Part shown: in pieces, positions 28,965-38,474 of the stretch
Layout: each line of letters begins with the position of its first letter
How positions within the stretch are numbered: position 1 is the first letter of the stretch
Assembly (NCBI GenBank): GCA_965140415.1
Contig: OZ223209.1
Location: 2,656,001 to 2,720,000 of the forward strand
Length of the DNA stretch: 64,000 nucleotides
Source of the DNA: Myxococcota bacterium
GTDB lineage: Bacteria > Myxococcota_A > SURF-8
Direction of reading: 5' to 3'
Position numbers and translations under genes: made by a program
Notes under the pieces: generated by a model
The model's input: only the letters and a program-made list of their open reading frames with translations
Told to the model about the DNA's origin: nothing
The model's database searches: none

Positions 28965-30197
28965 TTACTTGTCGTGTAGAATCTCTTCGTACGTGTTGAC
29001 GATATCTTGCGTGATGCGACTCCAGGAATAGGACTGGACCGCCGTGCGATGACCGTTCTCGGCCAAGCGATTGGCGAATTCCAGATCGGACAACAGCTCG
29101 CTGATTGCCTGACTCAGTTCGTCCGATGAATTTGGCTCGATCTGCTTTCCGTTTTGGCCGTCCGTGACGAGTCGTCCCAAGCCGCCAATATTTGAGGCGA
29201 TGACCGGCAATCCGGCGCTCCAGGCTTCCAAAACAACAATGCCGAAGGGTTCATGCCGCGAGGACAGGGCGAAGACGTCGGCTGCCGCATAGGCATCCGC
29301 CAATTCCGCAGAACCGTGCGGCAGAGCGGGGAGCAGGTGCACCCTGTCGGCCACGCCCGATTTCCGGGCATCGTCCAGCATGCGATCGGCATAGGCGGCA
29401 TCCGTAACCGGACCGATTAAGACGACATGCACCGCCGGTTCCTTGATGGAAAGCTTGGGGAGTGCTTGAACCAGGGCCAGTTGGTTTTTTTGCGGGTCGA
29501 TGCGGCTGATACAGAGAATCACCCGATCTTCCTCTTTCAGACCATATCGTTTCCGAAAGCCCTGGCCGTCGCCATGGGCGTAGCGTTCGGGATGTACGCC
29601 GTTGGGCATGTGAAGAACGCGCTGACCGGGCATCCGCTGCCGTAGTTCGTCGGCTTCTTCTGCATTGACGCAGAATACGGCGTCTGCCCGTTCAAGCAGG
29701 CTGCGGGAGCCTAATAATGCGCCTAATGCCTTGCCCCATTCCAGCTTGCCTTGAATCGGTGCGAGCAGGTCACGGCGCTCCTCATCGGGAACGTTCAACA
29801 CGCCGCCATGCAGGGTGATGACATAGGGACGTTTATGAATCCTTGCAGCGCTAGCCACTTCTGCTCCGAAGCGCTTTCCGGTGTGCAGATGGTAAATATC
29901 GAAAGGACGGGTTCCGAGCAGTGCCGCAAACAGGCTGGCGGAAATGAGGTTGCCGCCTTTCTTGTCCATCGCCAATTGGGCCTGAGTATCAAGACCAAAG
30001 AAAGGATAGTGGTGCTTGAAACGTCGCACCACCAGACCGTCGATCAGCGCCGTTCCCGGCTTCGAAAGAGCTGCCGAGGTCCACAATTCCGTTTCGTGCC
30101 CCATATCTACCAGTTCGCGTGAAAACTCGCGAATGACAGTCTCGGTGCCGCCCCATTCCTGGGGCAGGTAGCGGCGGGCGGTTTGCAGAACGCGCAT
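28965..30197 (-). CDS. Glycosyltransferase family 4
   Basis: MRVLQ...GGTE, PNGV, RIDPQKNQ and EPFGIVVLE. ATG at 30197 follows the upstream stop. Confidence 0.92.
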   Translation of the reverse strand: MRVLQTARRYLPQEWGGTETVIREFSRELVDMGHETELWTSAALSKPGTALIDGLVVRRFKHHYPFFGLDTQAQLAMDKKGGNLISASLFAALLGTRPFDIYHLHTGKRFGAEVASAARIHKRPYVITLHGGVLNVPDEERRDLLAPIQGKLEWGKALGALLGSRSLLERADAVFCVNAEEADELRQRMPGQRVLHMPNGVHPERYAHGDGQGFRKRYGLKEEDRVILCISRIDPQKNQLALVQALPKLSIKEPAVHVVLIGPVTDAAYADRMLDDARKSGVADRVHLLPALPHGSAELADAYAAADVFALSSRHEPFGIVVLEAWSAGLPVIASNIGGLGRLVTDGQNGKQIEPNSSDELSQAISELLSDLEFANRLAENGHRTAVQSYSWSRITQDIVNTYEEILHDK

Positions 30198-30199
30198 GC

Positions 30200-31459
30200 T
30201 TATTGCCCCTGCCGTTTGAGCCGGTGAAACCACGACTTTTTCGGCCAGCGGCGCACGGTATCGGACAGAAACGATTCCAATTCCTCAAAATAGCGACGTT
30301 CCGAAAAGCGTTGCGAGACGGTATGGCGTCCACCTTCTGCCAGTTTCCGGCGCAAGTCGCCATCTTCGATTACCTGGCGGATGTGTCGGGCCAACTCGTG
30401 TGCGTCTTCCGCCTCGAAAGTCAATGCGTTTTCGCCATGATGCAGGAACTCCGCCGGACCTCCGCGCGTGGTGCTGATTACCGGAATGGCGCAGGACATG
30501 GCTTCCAGATGGGTCAGGCCAAAAGGTTCTTTCCAGATCGAGGAGAACACGAACAGGTCGTGGTCGCGGTAGATCGTGGGAAGGTTGTTGCGTTTCACCT
30601 TCCCCCAGAGACGGACGCGTTCGCCCAGACCATATTGCCCTATCATGGTTTCCAGGCGTTTCCGATATTCTGCCGTTCCCTCGCCAATGATGTTCAACTC
30701 GGCAAGAACTCCTTGTTTAGACAGCAGGTTAAGTGCTTCGATGATCGTATGAACGCCCTTGTATTCGTGTACCTGCCCGACATAAAGCAGGCGGGCGGGA
30801 CGATGCAAATGACCGGGATTTGCAGTCGGTGTGAAAAAGTCGGGATCGACACCTTGGTAGATGATGTGGGCGTCTTTCACCGGTGCGCCTTTTTCCAGCA
30901 TTTCATCGACCAGGGATTGGCTAAGCGCCGTGATCCAGGGCATACGCAGACCAAGGTAAGTATTGCGCCGACACAAACTGCGATCCAGTGCGAACCGGGC
31001 GGCATTGCGTGGAGCCAGTCCCAGTTTCGGTGGTGTATACGCTTCCAGGAAGTCATCGTTCAGCGTGACGGCATAAGGCACATCCAGACTTTCAGCCGCA
31101 CGCAGCGCGCCAAGCGTCAAGCGGCGCTGGCTCCAGAAAAACACCACATCCGGGCGCAAGCGTCGGATGGCTTGTTTGGTGATCCATTCGTTTTCCACGC
31201 CGAGGCGCAGCTTTTTCAAACGAGCGGAGCGCGGGGGCTGATCGAAGGGGGGAAACAGGCGCAGTTCGCGTCGAATGGATTCCCCATGACGGCCAATAGA
31301 AGGTAATTCCCCGGTTTTCTGTGGAATGCGATAGTCGCTGGTGAGCACGGAAACGTCGTGACCGCTACGGATCAACGAACCGGTTACAGCTTCGCATAGA
31401 ATCTCGTATCCCCCTAAAACGACCGGTGGATAGAGGTTGGAGACAACCAGGATCTTCAT
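30200..31459 (-). CDS. Glycosyltransferase family 4
   Basis: MKILVVSNLYPP..GGYE, KGVH and EPFGLTHLE. Confidence 0.93.
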   Translation of the reverse strand: MKILVVSNLYPPVVLGGYEILCEAVTGSLIRSGHDVSVLTSDYRIPQKTGELPSIGRHGESIRRELRLFPPFDQPPRSARLKKLRLGVENEWITKQAIRRLRPDVVFFWSQRRLTLGALRAAESLDVPYAVTLNDDFLEAYTPPKLGLAPRNAARFALDRSLCRRNTYLGLRMPWITALSQSLVDEMLEKGAPVKDAHIIYQGVDPDFFTPTANPGHLHRPARLLYVGQVHEYKGVHTIIEALNLLSKQGVLAELNIIGEGTAEYRKRLETMIGQYGLGERVRLWGKVKRNNLPTIYRDHDLFVFSSIWKEPFGLTHLEAMSCAIPVISTTRGGPAEFLHHGENALTFEAEDAHELARHIRQVIEDGDLRRKLAEGGRHTVSQRFSERRYFEELESFLSDTVRRWPKKSWFHRLKRQGQ

Positions 31460-32625
31460 TTTTCCCCCGATAGCCGCAGGCGTTCTTCAAGCGGGGCCGC
31501 CATTAACTTGTAAATATCCTGAATGCGGACGATGTCTTCCGGGATCTCCCGACTGGACATCAATGAGGCATTGGAAGAGGGCGCTTGCGGATGGTAGCCG
31601 TGCATGGCGGTGATGGGGCGCTGTCCCATGAAACTGGGGACGATCAGGTGGCCCTCGTCCAGCATGAAAAAGAGTTCGCCGTATTTCGAGTCGGGATAAT
31701 ACACCCCATAGCGTTCCAAGGTGTCCTGGCTGAGGATTTCACCCTCGGCGTGCTGGTTAAGCAGGTCTATGACCGAGGAGCGCGCATCCTGGTTCATAAA
31801 CCAGAAGCGAGCCATGGTGGAATCGTAAACCGCAGCGTAATCCTTGCCGAAACGGTAGCCTAACCGATCGATGTCGCGCCAGAGTTCGTGATAGGTGTGC
31901 GTATTGGCCATGCCATGATCGCTGAAAACGTACAGGTCGTAGTCTGCGTAGTGATCCGCTGCATGTTCGAATATGGTGGTCAGGCGTTTACGATAGAGGT
32001 CGATCTGTTCCAGCGCTTCATCGCTGCCGACACCCGCAACATGCATGATACCGTCTAACTTGGCGTTATAATTGAAGATCCATTCTACGGATTCGCCGTC
32101 GATGGCATCCAGTACGGATTGGTAATTTGTTTCTTCGCTCGCCCGCCAATCGGAAACGTGATAGGGGATTTTCGCCAGTTCGCAGGCGCTGAAAATATTG
32201 TCCCCCTGCAAGATGCCATCCGGGGCGAAAATACTTTTCTTTTCGCAATAGTCGAACAGGTGGATGTACTTGAACGGCATGTTGTAGATTTGAAAGTAAC
32301 CGGTATAGCCGTACAGATTTTTAATGACTTCCGAAATTTTATTGCGAATGCGCGCCCGTGACGCAAAGAAATCCGGCACCAGTCGCAAGGGCGCCAGCCA
32401 CTTGAATGGGGAATGCTCCGGGTCGTAGTAGTAGAACGAGAAGTGCCCGTGTTCATTCGGTTTTCGCCCTGTGAGAATCGTGGGCACGGCGGTGCTGGAA
32501 TACCCCAGAATCGACTCCAGCTTTTTACGCTGGGGCAGGGCGTCGTTCAGGAAATCCATATTTTTAAGGATTTCCCAGCCGAAGGCGTCGATGAATATAA
32601 ATAAAGACAGTTTCTTGTTATTCAT
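31456..32625 (-). CDS. Alkaline phosphatase superfamily protein, nucleotide pyrophosphatase/phosphodiesterase type, no signal peptide
   Basis: FIDAFG (metal Asp), GYSSTAVPTILTG (nucleophile region), DGIMH, FSDHG, MHGY. GGAGGTGA RBS before ATG 32625. Confidence 0.85.
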   Translation of the reverse strand: MNNKKLSLFIFIDAFGWEILKNMDFLNDALPQRKKLESILGYSSTAVPTILTGRKPNEHGHFSFYYYDPEHSPFKWLAPLRLVPDFFASRARIRNKISEVIKNLYGYTGYFQIYNMPFKYIHLFDYCEKKSIFAPDGILQGDNIFSACELAKIPYHVSDWRASEETNYQSVLDAIDGESVEWIFNYNAKLDGIMHVAGVGSDEALEQIDLYRKRLTTIFEHAADHYADYDLYVFSDHGMANTHTYHELWRDIDRLGYRFGKDYAAVYDSTMARFWFMNQDARSSVIDLLNQHAEGEILSQDTLERYGVYYPDSKYGELFFMLDEGHLIVPSFMGQRPITAMHGYHPQAPSSNASLMSSREIPEDIVRIQDIYKLMAAPLEERLRLSGEK

Positions 32626-32627
32626 GC

Positions 32628-34700
32628 TCAATTCACCTCCCGCCACAGTTCCAGCAGTCTCCGGGTCGCTGTTTGGCGAAAATCATTGGTGGAGCCGGAT
32701 TCCCATTGTTCCGGTGCGGGTAAAAAGAGCGCATCGGAAAGCAGGGCGGGGGACAGAATGTCATGGGAAGGTGCATACAGCAGCATCGGGGCTGCCACCC
32801 GTACACGAGTCTGGGGATGGGCGACATAGCTGCGAGCCTTGTCCGTGGATGCCGGCAGACGTCCCGAAAAACGCAGGGTCTTATAGGCGTTCAATGGAGC
32901 TTTCACTGTAAACGATGGATGTTCAAGGCGCTGCACGGTGTACTCGGACCAGGATTTGGCTCCGGTCGCAACCTGGATGAACCAGCGGTGCGCCTGCTCG
33001 AACAATTCCTTGGAGGAATTCCAGAAGGCTTGCAGTTCCTCTTTCTGTGTTAGTGGGAACGTGGGATGCAGGCGAAATTCACTGGCTTTTTGATAAGCCT
33101 GCCGAATCTGCTCGAACGGAGCCGGAGTCAGTCGTTCCAATTGCATCAGGCGTTGCAGGCGTTCCCGGTAGCTGTAGTGGTACAATCTCAGGCGCAGCAG
33201 CACGATGTCCCCAGCCGCCAGCATCGCTTTGTGGATGTTGCGCGTGACAAAGCTGACGTCCTCTTCGGAAAGGGAATCTTCCGCTTTATCAAGTACTTGC
33301 TGTGCTAAAAGAAGGCCGATTGCGCGATTCATCAATAGGCGCTCGCCTTCGTCGTAGGGAATGTCGCGTTCCTGTCGATCCGGCATCATTGCCAGAAATC
33401 GATCCGGGCCGTGCAGCATCCGGTGGCCGCGCCGCAACTCGTACCATTCGATGCGCGGTGGAGCATTCTTTAACTTCGTGGTGCTCACCGGGGCGATATC
33501 GACATCGATTCCCATCTGTTCGCTCAATTCTTCTCCGAGCTGGCGAACCTCTTCTACCAGTTTACGAGGCAGCTTCTGTGTTGGGAAATCGAAGACGGCG
33601 TACAGGTCGTAGTCATTGTACGGAACCGGACCGTTTGGAGTTTGCACGATGCCGCCTTCCCGGCGACCGTAACCGCCCCCAAGCACGATGCCTACCGGAG
33701 CGGGATACAACTGCAAAAGTTTGCTGCGGATCTGGTCGAAATCGGCAGTCAGGCGCGCTTCGAATTCCGGGTTATGCTCGATGGTGTACAAGCCTTCGGT
33801 CGGCTGGGACAGATCCGGGGCGACACGGCGATCCGGCAGGGGTGCGCTCTTGCCGCCGCGATGAACGCCGCGCCAGTGCCCGAGCTTTTCCGCAAACCGC
33901 AAAGGCAGGCTCTGTAGAGCCGCTTGAGTGTTGCTTTCCGTAATCGCATAGGAGATGTCACGAGCGGTAGTGGTGATCATCGGCAAAGCGACACGGCGCA
34001 GAAAGGAGGAGGACAGGGGAGAAAGGGAGTAGATCCAGCTATCGGCTTCTCCTTCTCCGATATGGCGCTTGTAGCTTTGCGATAGGGTGTAATTGTGGGA
34101 ATGAACGACGATTGAAGACGGTACGTAGAGCACTTTTTTGTTTTCCAGGCGAGCGCGGTAGGTCCAATCGATATCTTCCGAATATTGGATCGCTCCATCG
34201 AAGGGGCGCTTTTGCCAGTATTCGCGACGAATGGCGCTGCCTGCCATCGAGAAGAAGTGCCCCCAACTACGATGACCGCCTTCCGGACCGAAAGCACGCT
34301 CGTAGTCCATTTGGACCAGGGGCGTGGCGTCGGGTCGGGCAATCTGGCGGCTGAAGGTGGCGATCAGGTCAGGATCGGATTTGAAGGGGGCGATCAGATT
34401 TGCCAGCCAATCGCGCCCGACCGGGGTGGCGTCGGCATTTAAAAACACCACGACATCGCTTTCGCATAGCGACATGCCCATGTTAAGCACCTGGCCGGGG
34501 ATGTATTCGTTGGGACGAATGTGGTAAAGACGACCTCCCAATTCGCGGATGACATCCAGGCTGCCGTCGGTCGAGCCGCTGTCGATGTGAATCAACTCGA
34601 ACGACACACCTTGCTGATTACGCAATGATTCCAACGTCTGGCGGACGAGTTGCGGAGAGTCATTCATCGAACGCATGATAATGGTGGTTTTCTTTTTCAT
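32628..34700 (-). CDS. GT2 (rhamnosyltransferase-like) fused to a Pol-beta-superfamily nucleotidyltransferase + helical domain
   Basis: N-half: DSGSTDGS, FLNADA, RQIAR, SEDIDW, HSH. C-half: LGGGYGRREGG...NDYDL...VDVDI, then a helical bundle (KAMLAAGDIVLL...SYRER). ATG 34700 behind GAGGG. Confidence 0.82.
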   Translation of the reverse strand: MKKKTTIIMRSMNDSPQLVRQTLESLRNQQGVSFELIHIDSGSTDGSLDVIRELGGRLYHIRPNEYIPGQVLNMGMSLCESDVVVFLNADATPVGRDWLANLIAPFKSDPDLIATFSRQIARPDATPLVQMDYERAFGPEGGHRSWGHFFSMAGSAIRREYWQKRPFDGAIQYSEDIDWTYRARLENKKVLYVPSSIVVHSHNYTLSQSYKRHIGEGEADSWIYSLSPLSSSFLRRVALPMITTTARDISYAITESNTQAALQSLPLRFAEKLGHWRGVHRGGKSAPLPDRRVAPDLSQPTEGLYTIEHNPEFEARLTADFDQIRSKLLQLYPAPVGIVLGGGYGRREGGIVQTPNGPVPYNDYDLYAVFDFPTQKLPRKLVEEVRQLGEELSEQMGIDVDIAPVSTTKLKNAPPRIEWYELRRGHRMLHGPDRFLAMMPDRQERDIPYDEGERLLMNRAIGLLLAQQVLDKAEDSLSEEDVSFVTRNIHKAMLAAGDIVLLRLRLYHYSYRERLQRLMQLERLTPAPFEQIRQAYQKASEFRLHPTFPLTQKEELQAFWNSSKELFEQAHRWFIQVATGAKSWSEYTVQRLEHPSFTVKAPLNAYKTLRFSGRLPASTDKARSYVAHPQTRVRVAAPMLLYAPSHDILSPALLSDALFLPAPEQWESGSTNDFRQTATRRLLELWREVN

Positions 34701-34930
34701 GGTGTAGCAGATACCCTCGACAATCAACTTATTCCACACAATGACGCACTGTGACTATCACAAATCGCCGCTCAAGCGCAATTTTGGTGGGATGTCTTTG
34801 TGTCGCTATCTTCTTGCACTTTATGCTTGTCGCGTATTATCATACGAAATCATTGCTTTATCAAGAAATCAGTGGGATGTAAGGATCGGAGAGTCTCCGG
34901 GAGCTTGTGAATTAGGAGCTGGAGTGGCCG

Positions 34931-36091
34931 ATGAAAATACTGGTAGCTGAAGATGACAACATGATGCGGCGCATGCTGGAAGTGTCGCTGCTGCGCTGGG
35001 GTTATGCCTGCCAGGTTGCTGAAAACGGTGACAAAGCCTGGAAAAGTTTCGAAAGCGGCGAGTACGATATTGTCATCACGGACTGGATGATGCCGGGAAT
35101 GGATGGTATCGAACTGTGCAAGCGAATTCGAAAAGCTCCGGGAGTCGGCTATACTTATATCATTTTGCTGACTTCTTTGGACAGCAAGGGGCATCTGGCG
35201 CATGGCATTGAAGAAGGGGCGGACGATTACATCGAGAAGCCTTTCGATCCGGCGGAATTGCGTGCACGTCTGATGGCTGCCGAGCGAATCCTGAAACTGG
35301 AACGTTCGCTTGCGGCATCGAACCGCAAAATGTCCGACGATCTTCGTAAGGCCGCGACTACACTGGAAAACCTGTTACCCAACAGAAAAACCTTCTCCGA
35401 TCACTTGAAAGTGGATTGGCACTTTCAGCCGACCGGATATATCGGTGGAGACTTTTTCAACATTCAACGGCTGGATGATTCCAATGTCGCCGTGTACATG
35501 ATCGATGTCAGCGGGCATGGGGTTTCGGCAGCGTTGATGGTCACTTTGCTGCACCATTTACTGCGTCCGCAATTGGACCAGGGTGGCATTCTGGTAAAAG
35601 CGGACGTGAGGGGAAATACACGTCTGGCCAGCCCTTCCGAAGTGGCGGAAACTTTAAACCAACGCTTTCAGATTGATGCGAACACAAGTATGTTCTTTAC
35701 GTTTTTCTATTGCATCGTGAACGTGAAAGAACGAAGTGTGCGCTGGATGCGTGCCGGTCATCCAAGACCCTTATTGCTGTCGAATCATGAGTTGGTTGTT
35801 TTGGAGGCGGGCGATCCGCCCATCGGTGTGCTGGAGGATCATCATTTTCAGGAATATCGGACGGACCTGCAACCTGGTGATCGATTGATTTTGTTCTCCG
35901 ATGGATTGACCGAGCTTGAAAACCCTCAGGAAGAACAATTCGGTGAAGATGGATTGCGGGAGATTTTAGCAAAGGAACCGTATCATAACTTGCCGGAATT
36001 GATTACTTCCGTCGTGGCCGGGGCGCACTCGTTTTGCATGAAACGCGAGCCGGAAGATGATATCTCGCTATTGGCATTTGAAATTTTGTGA
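34931..36091 (+). CDS. Response regulator with PP2C/SpoIIE phosphatase output (RsbP/RsbU-like)
   Basis: REC: VAEDD, TDWMMP, KP. PP2C: GGDFF, DVSGHG, AGHP, FSDGL, DDIS. Confidence 0.95.
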   Translation: MKILVAEDDNMMRRMLEVSLLRWGYACQVAENGDKAWKSFESGEYDIVITDWMMPGMDGIELCKRIRKAPGVGYTYIILLTSLDSKGHLAHGIEEGADDYIEKPFDPAELRARLMAAERILKLERSLAASNRKMSDDLRKAATTLENLLPNRKTFSDHLKVDWHFQPTGYIGGDFFNIQRLDDSNVAVYMIDVSGHGVSAALMVTLLHHLLRPQLDQGGILVKADVRGNTRLASPSEVAETLNQRFQIDANTSMFFTFFYCIVNVKERSVRWMRAGHPRPLLLSNHELVVLEAGDPPIGVLEDHHFQEYRTDLQPGDRLILFSDGLTELENPQEEQFGEDGLREILAKEPYHNLPELITSVVAGAHSFCMKREPEDDISLLAFEIL

Positions 36092-36098
36092 AGGTCCA

Positions 36099-38474
36099 CT
36101 AGCGTACCGGTTGATGTCCATGGCTTTTCTTGATACGCTGCATGGCCTGCCATAACCATCCTTTAGGAGACGGCAAGGGGATTTCGATTTGGTACAAGGC
36201 ATCTTCCTGCTGCGCCCAGGATTTTTTCCAGGAAGATCCCTCGCCTCCCAGTTCTACGTTTCGTATTCCGATTTCATGCAAACGCTTTAGCCAGTTGTAA
36301 AACGTGAATTGTCCCACTCCATAGCGATGATAGTCGCGGTCGTAGGCTGTGAGCAACGCATAGGCATTCGCTTTGCGAATCAATCCCAGATAGGTGGCAA
36401 CGGGTTTTCCTTCAATGCTGAGCAGAAAGAGGTCCAGTTCGCTTTTCTGCGCCCAATGTTCCGCAGCTTCTCTGAAATAGGCGGCAACCAATTTCGGATC
36501 GGAAAAGCCGGTTTTTGTCGCTTCTTCGATCTGCCAGGAATTCTTACGCAACTGTTCAAATTTCTCGAAAAGTTCTTGAAAGTCCGGGTCGGAGAAGGTT
36601 TTGCCACTGACGTGCTGAAATTCGAATCGGGAGTGGAAGTCCTTTTCGATTTTTCGTTCAGATCGTTTGATATTCTTGATGAGATTCTTGTGTTCTCTCT
36701 GAAGGTTCTGCTCGTATTCTTCAAACGTTTCAGGGAATTGGATGAGTTGACTTACTGTGAAGATGCGTGACTGAACGAAGTGTTGTCTGGCATGCAATTC
36801 CTGAAGCCACCGGTTCGCGTTGTTCTCGTCCTGACGGTACAGGCCGATCAGATCGGTCTGGGTGATCTCTGCGATTCGGGGAAGGGCATCCGTCATTTTT
36901 CGGCAGGCCATATCCTCCAAGCCTTGACGCATCGGAAATGCAGGAAGCCGCATGGTCATTTGATCCAGTGAGCGGAGAGTTGTAAAGGATATTCCCCGGC
37001 GAGTGACCTGTTCTTCCAGAAAGATAGCCGCAGCCAATAAGCCACTTGGGCGGCCTTCCGGCATGGGAATGCGGATGACCCAGCAGCGTTGATTCGGGAA
37101 GAAGTGTTTCCAAAGCGTGAAGGAATGTTCCCAACTCGACCAGGGAGTTGAAAAACTACTGTTTTCCAACTGTATGAATTCTTTTCGAATATCCTGCCAA
37201 TCGTTTTCGGATTGAAGAGGCGTTACTTGTATGTCTGGTGTCGCGTGAGCAGTTGACTTGGCTGTCGTTGTCTTACCGGTACCGGTCGAAGCTTCAAAAT
37301 CCTGGCGACTTTGAATGGCGTGGACCGGTTCGAAATGACTCGGTCGGAATCGCTGAAGTTGTTGTTGCAAACTAAAAAGGCGTGCTTTCCAGCCCGCTAA
37401 TGGCACTTCCAGCATATGAACGGGGCGTTCATGAGTGGACCAGCGCCGTTTCCATAACACGCCTTCACCACCGAAATCCAGCGTCCGATCGCCTCGGTCG
37501 TGGCTGTCTAAAATCATGTGCATCAGGTTATTGGTGCCGATGCCGTATTGCTCGAATTCCGTACCGTAATAGGTCATCAATAACCACAGGTAACCATCGA
37601 TGGCGACGTTGAAATAGCAGCTAAGTAATTGATCTCCCAAACGATAAGCGCAGAAGTCAAGCTGACCTAGACGACTCCATTCTTTTGCCGATTGTTCAAC
37701 GTATTGAAAACCCTGTGCAATTGGAGCCTGGCCGTGCTGTGACTGTGATTGCGTTTGCCAAGAGGAACGCCACAGATCGAGAAATTGCCTCCAAAGCCCG
37801 TTGTCTTTTAACTGCTGGAACACATCACCGCGAAATCGCTCGAAAACGGGTGAAAGTCCACTGTGCTCAGCCAGTTTGCGCTCCATGCGCTGCATATTGT
37901 GGCGTTTCTTTTTGACATTGGATTGTTCGAACCAGCAGGTCAAATCCAGTACTTGATCGTAGGTTAATAGTCGGTCTCGATAAGTAACTCCCGCCTTGTG
38001 TAATGCCTCCGTCCACTGTCGCCGATTTTGATGGTCTAATTGCCCGAAACACAACTGATCACAATCACTAGCTTTTCCTATTTGAGCCAATGCCGAAGCC
38101 AGGGCGTTATAAGCTTCAGGGCGATTTTCATCGGAAACGAGTATTGGTGGATAAGTCGCGGCCATCCAATCCAGCGAACGCAAAATTTTCAGCGTTCCAT
38201 ATCGTCGGCGAGAGTGTTCTTCTCGAAATACGCCAATTGCGATCAGATCGGACTTTCGCCGCATTTCCATCAGCCAGAAGGGAGCTTTTGGAAAACCGAG
38301 AGTGCGAGCCTGATGAATATGCAGCCAGCCGGACCAGGGATTTGAAGGGACGGTTTGGGAGAGGTGTTTGACAGAAAAACGGCATTGATCCCAGGCGGAG
38401 TCGTCGTTCAAGGCGATCAAGTGGATTTCAACACCGTTCGGGCAGAGAATCCTATTGGTTCGAGGGATTCTCAT
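36099..38474 (-). CDS. Tandem-duplicated GNAT/FemAB-like (CelD/BcsL-type) acyltransferase
   Basis: Two homologous ~380-aa modules ending FEQYGIG...DFGGEG..WKRRW and YHRYGVG...ELGGEG..WKKSW. ATGA overlap with the upstream gene puts the start at 38474. Confidence 0.8.
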   Translation of the reverse strand: MRIPRTNRILCPNGVEIHLIALNDDSAWDQCRFSVKHLSQTVPSNPWSGWLHIHQARTLGFPKAPFWLMEMRRKSDLIAIGVFREEHSRRRYGTLKILRSLDWMAATYPPILVSDENRPEAYNALASALAQIGKASDCDQLCFGQLDHQNRRQWTEALHKAGVTYRDRLLTYDQVLDLTCWFEQSNVKKKRHNMQRMERKLAEHSGLSPVFERFRGDVFQQLKDNGLWRQFLDLWRSSWQTQSQSQHGQAPIAQGFQYVEQSAKEWSRLGQLDFCAYRLGDQLLSCYFNVAIDGYLWLLMTYYGTEFEQYGIGTNNLMHMILDSHDRGDRTLDFGGEGVLWKRRWSTHERPVHMLEVPLAGWKARLFSLQQQLQRFRPSHFEPVHAIQSRQDFEASTGTGKTTTAKSTAHATPDIQVTPLQSENDWQDIRKEFIQLENSSFSTPWSSWEHSFTLWKHFFPNQRCWVIRIPMPEGRPSGLLAAAIFLEEQVTRRGISFTTLRSLDQMTMRLPAFPMRQGLEDMACRKMTDALPRIAEITQTDLIGLYRQDENNANRWLQELHARQHFVQSRIFTVSQLIQFPETFEEYEQNLQREHKNLIKNIKRSERKIEKDFHSRFEFQHVSGKTFSDPDFQELFEKFEQLRKNSWQIEEATKTGFSDPKLVAAYFREAAEHWAQKSELDLFLLSIEGKPVATYLGLIRKANAYALLTAYDRDYHRYGVGQFTFYNWLKRLHEIGIRNVELGGEGSSWKKSWAQQEDALYQIEIPLPSPKGWLWQAMQRIKKSHGHQPVR

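Noticed and set aside
30203-31306. 367-aa plus-strand ORF (and many similar short shadows)
   Set aside because: Antisense to an intact GT4; no independent evidence.
32628-33800. Reading the nucleotidyltransferase as a CBASS cyclase or MNT-HEPN toxin-antitoxin
   Set aside because: No effector, Cap or toxin genes nearby; the domain is fused to a glycosyltransferase inside an EPS operon. Not formally excluded without a structure search.
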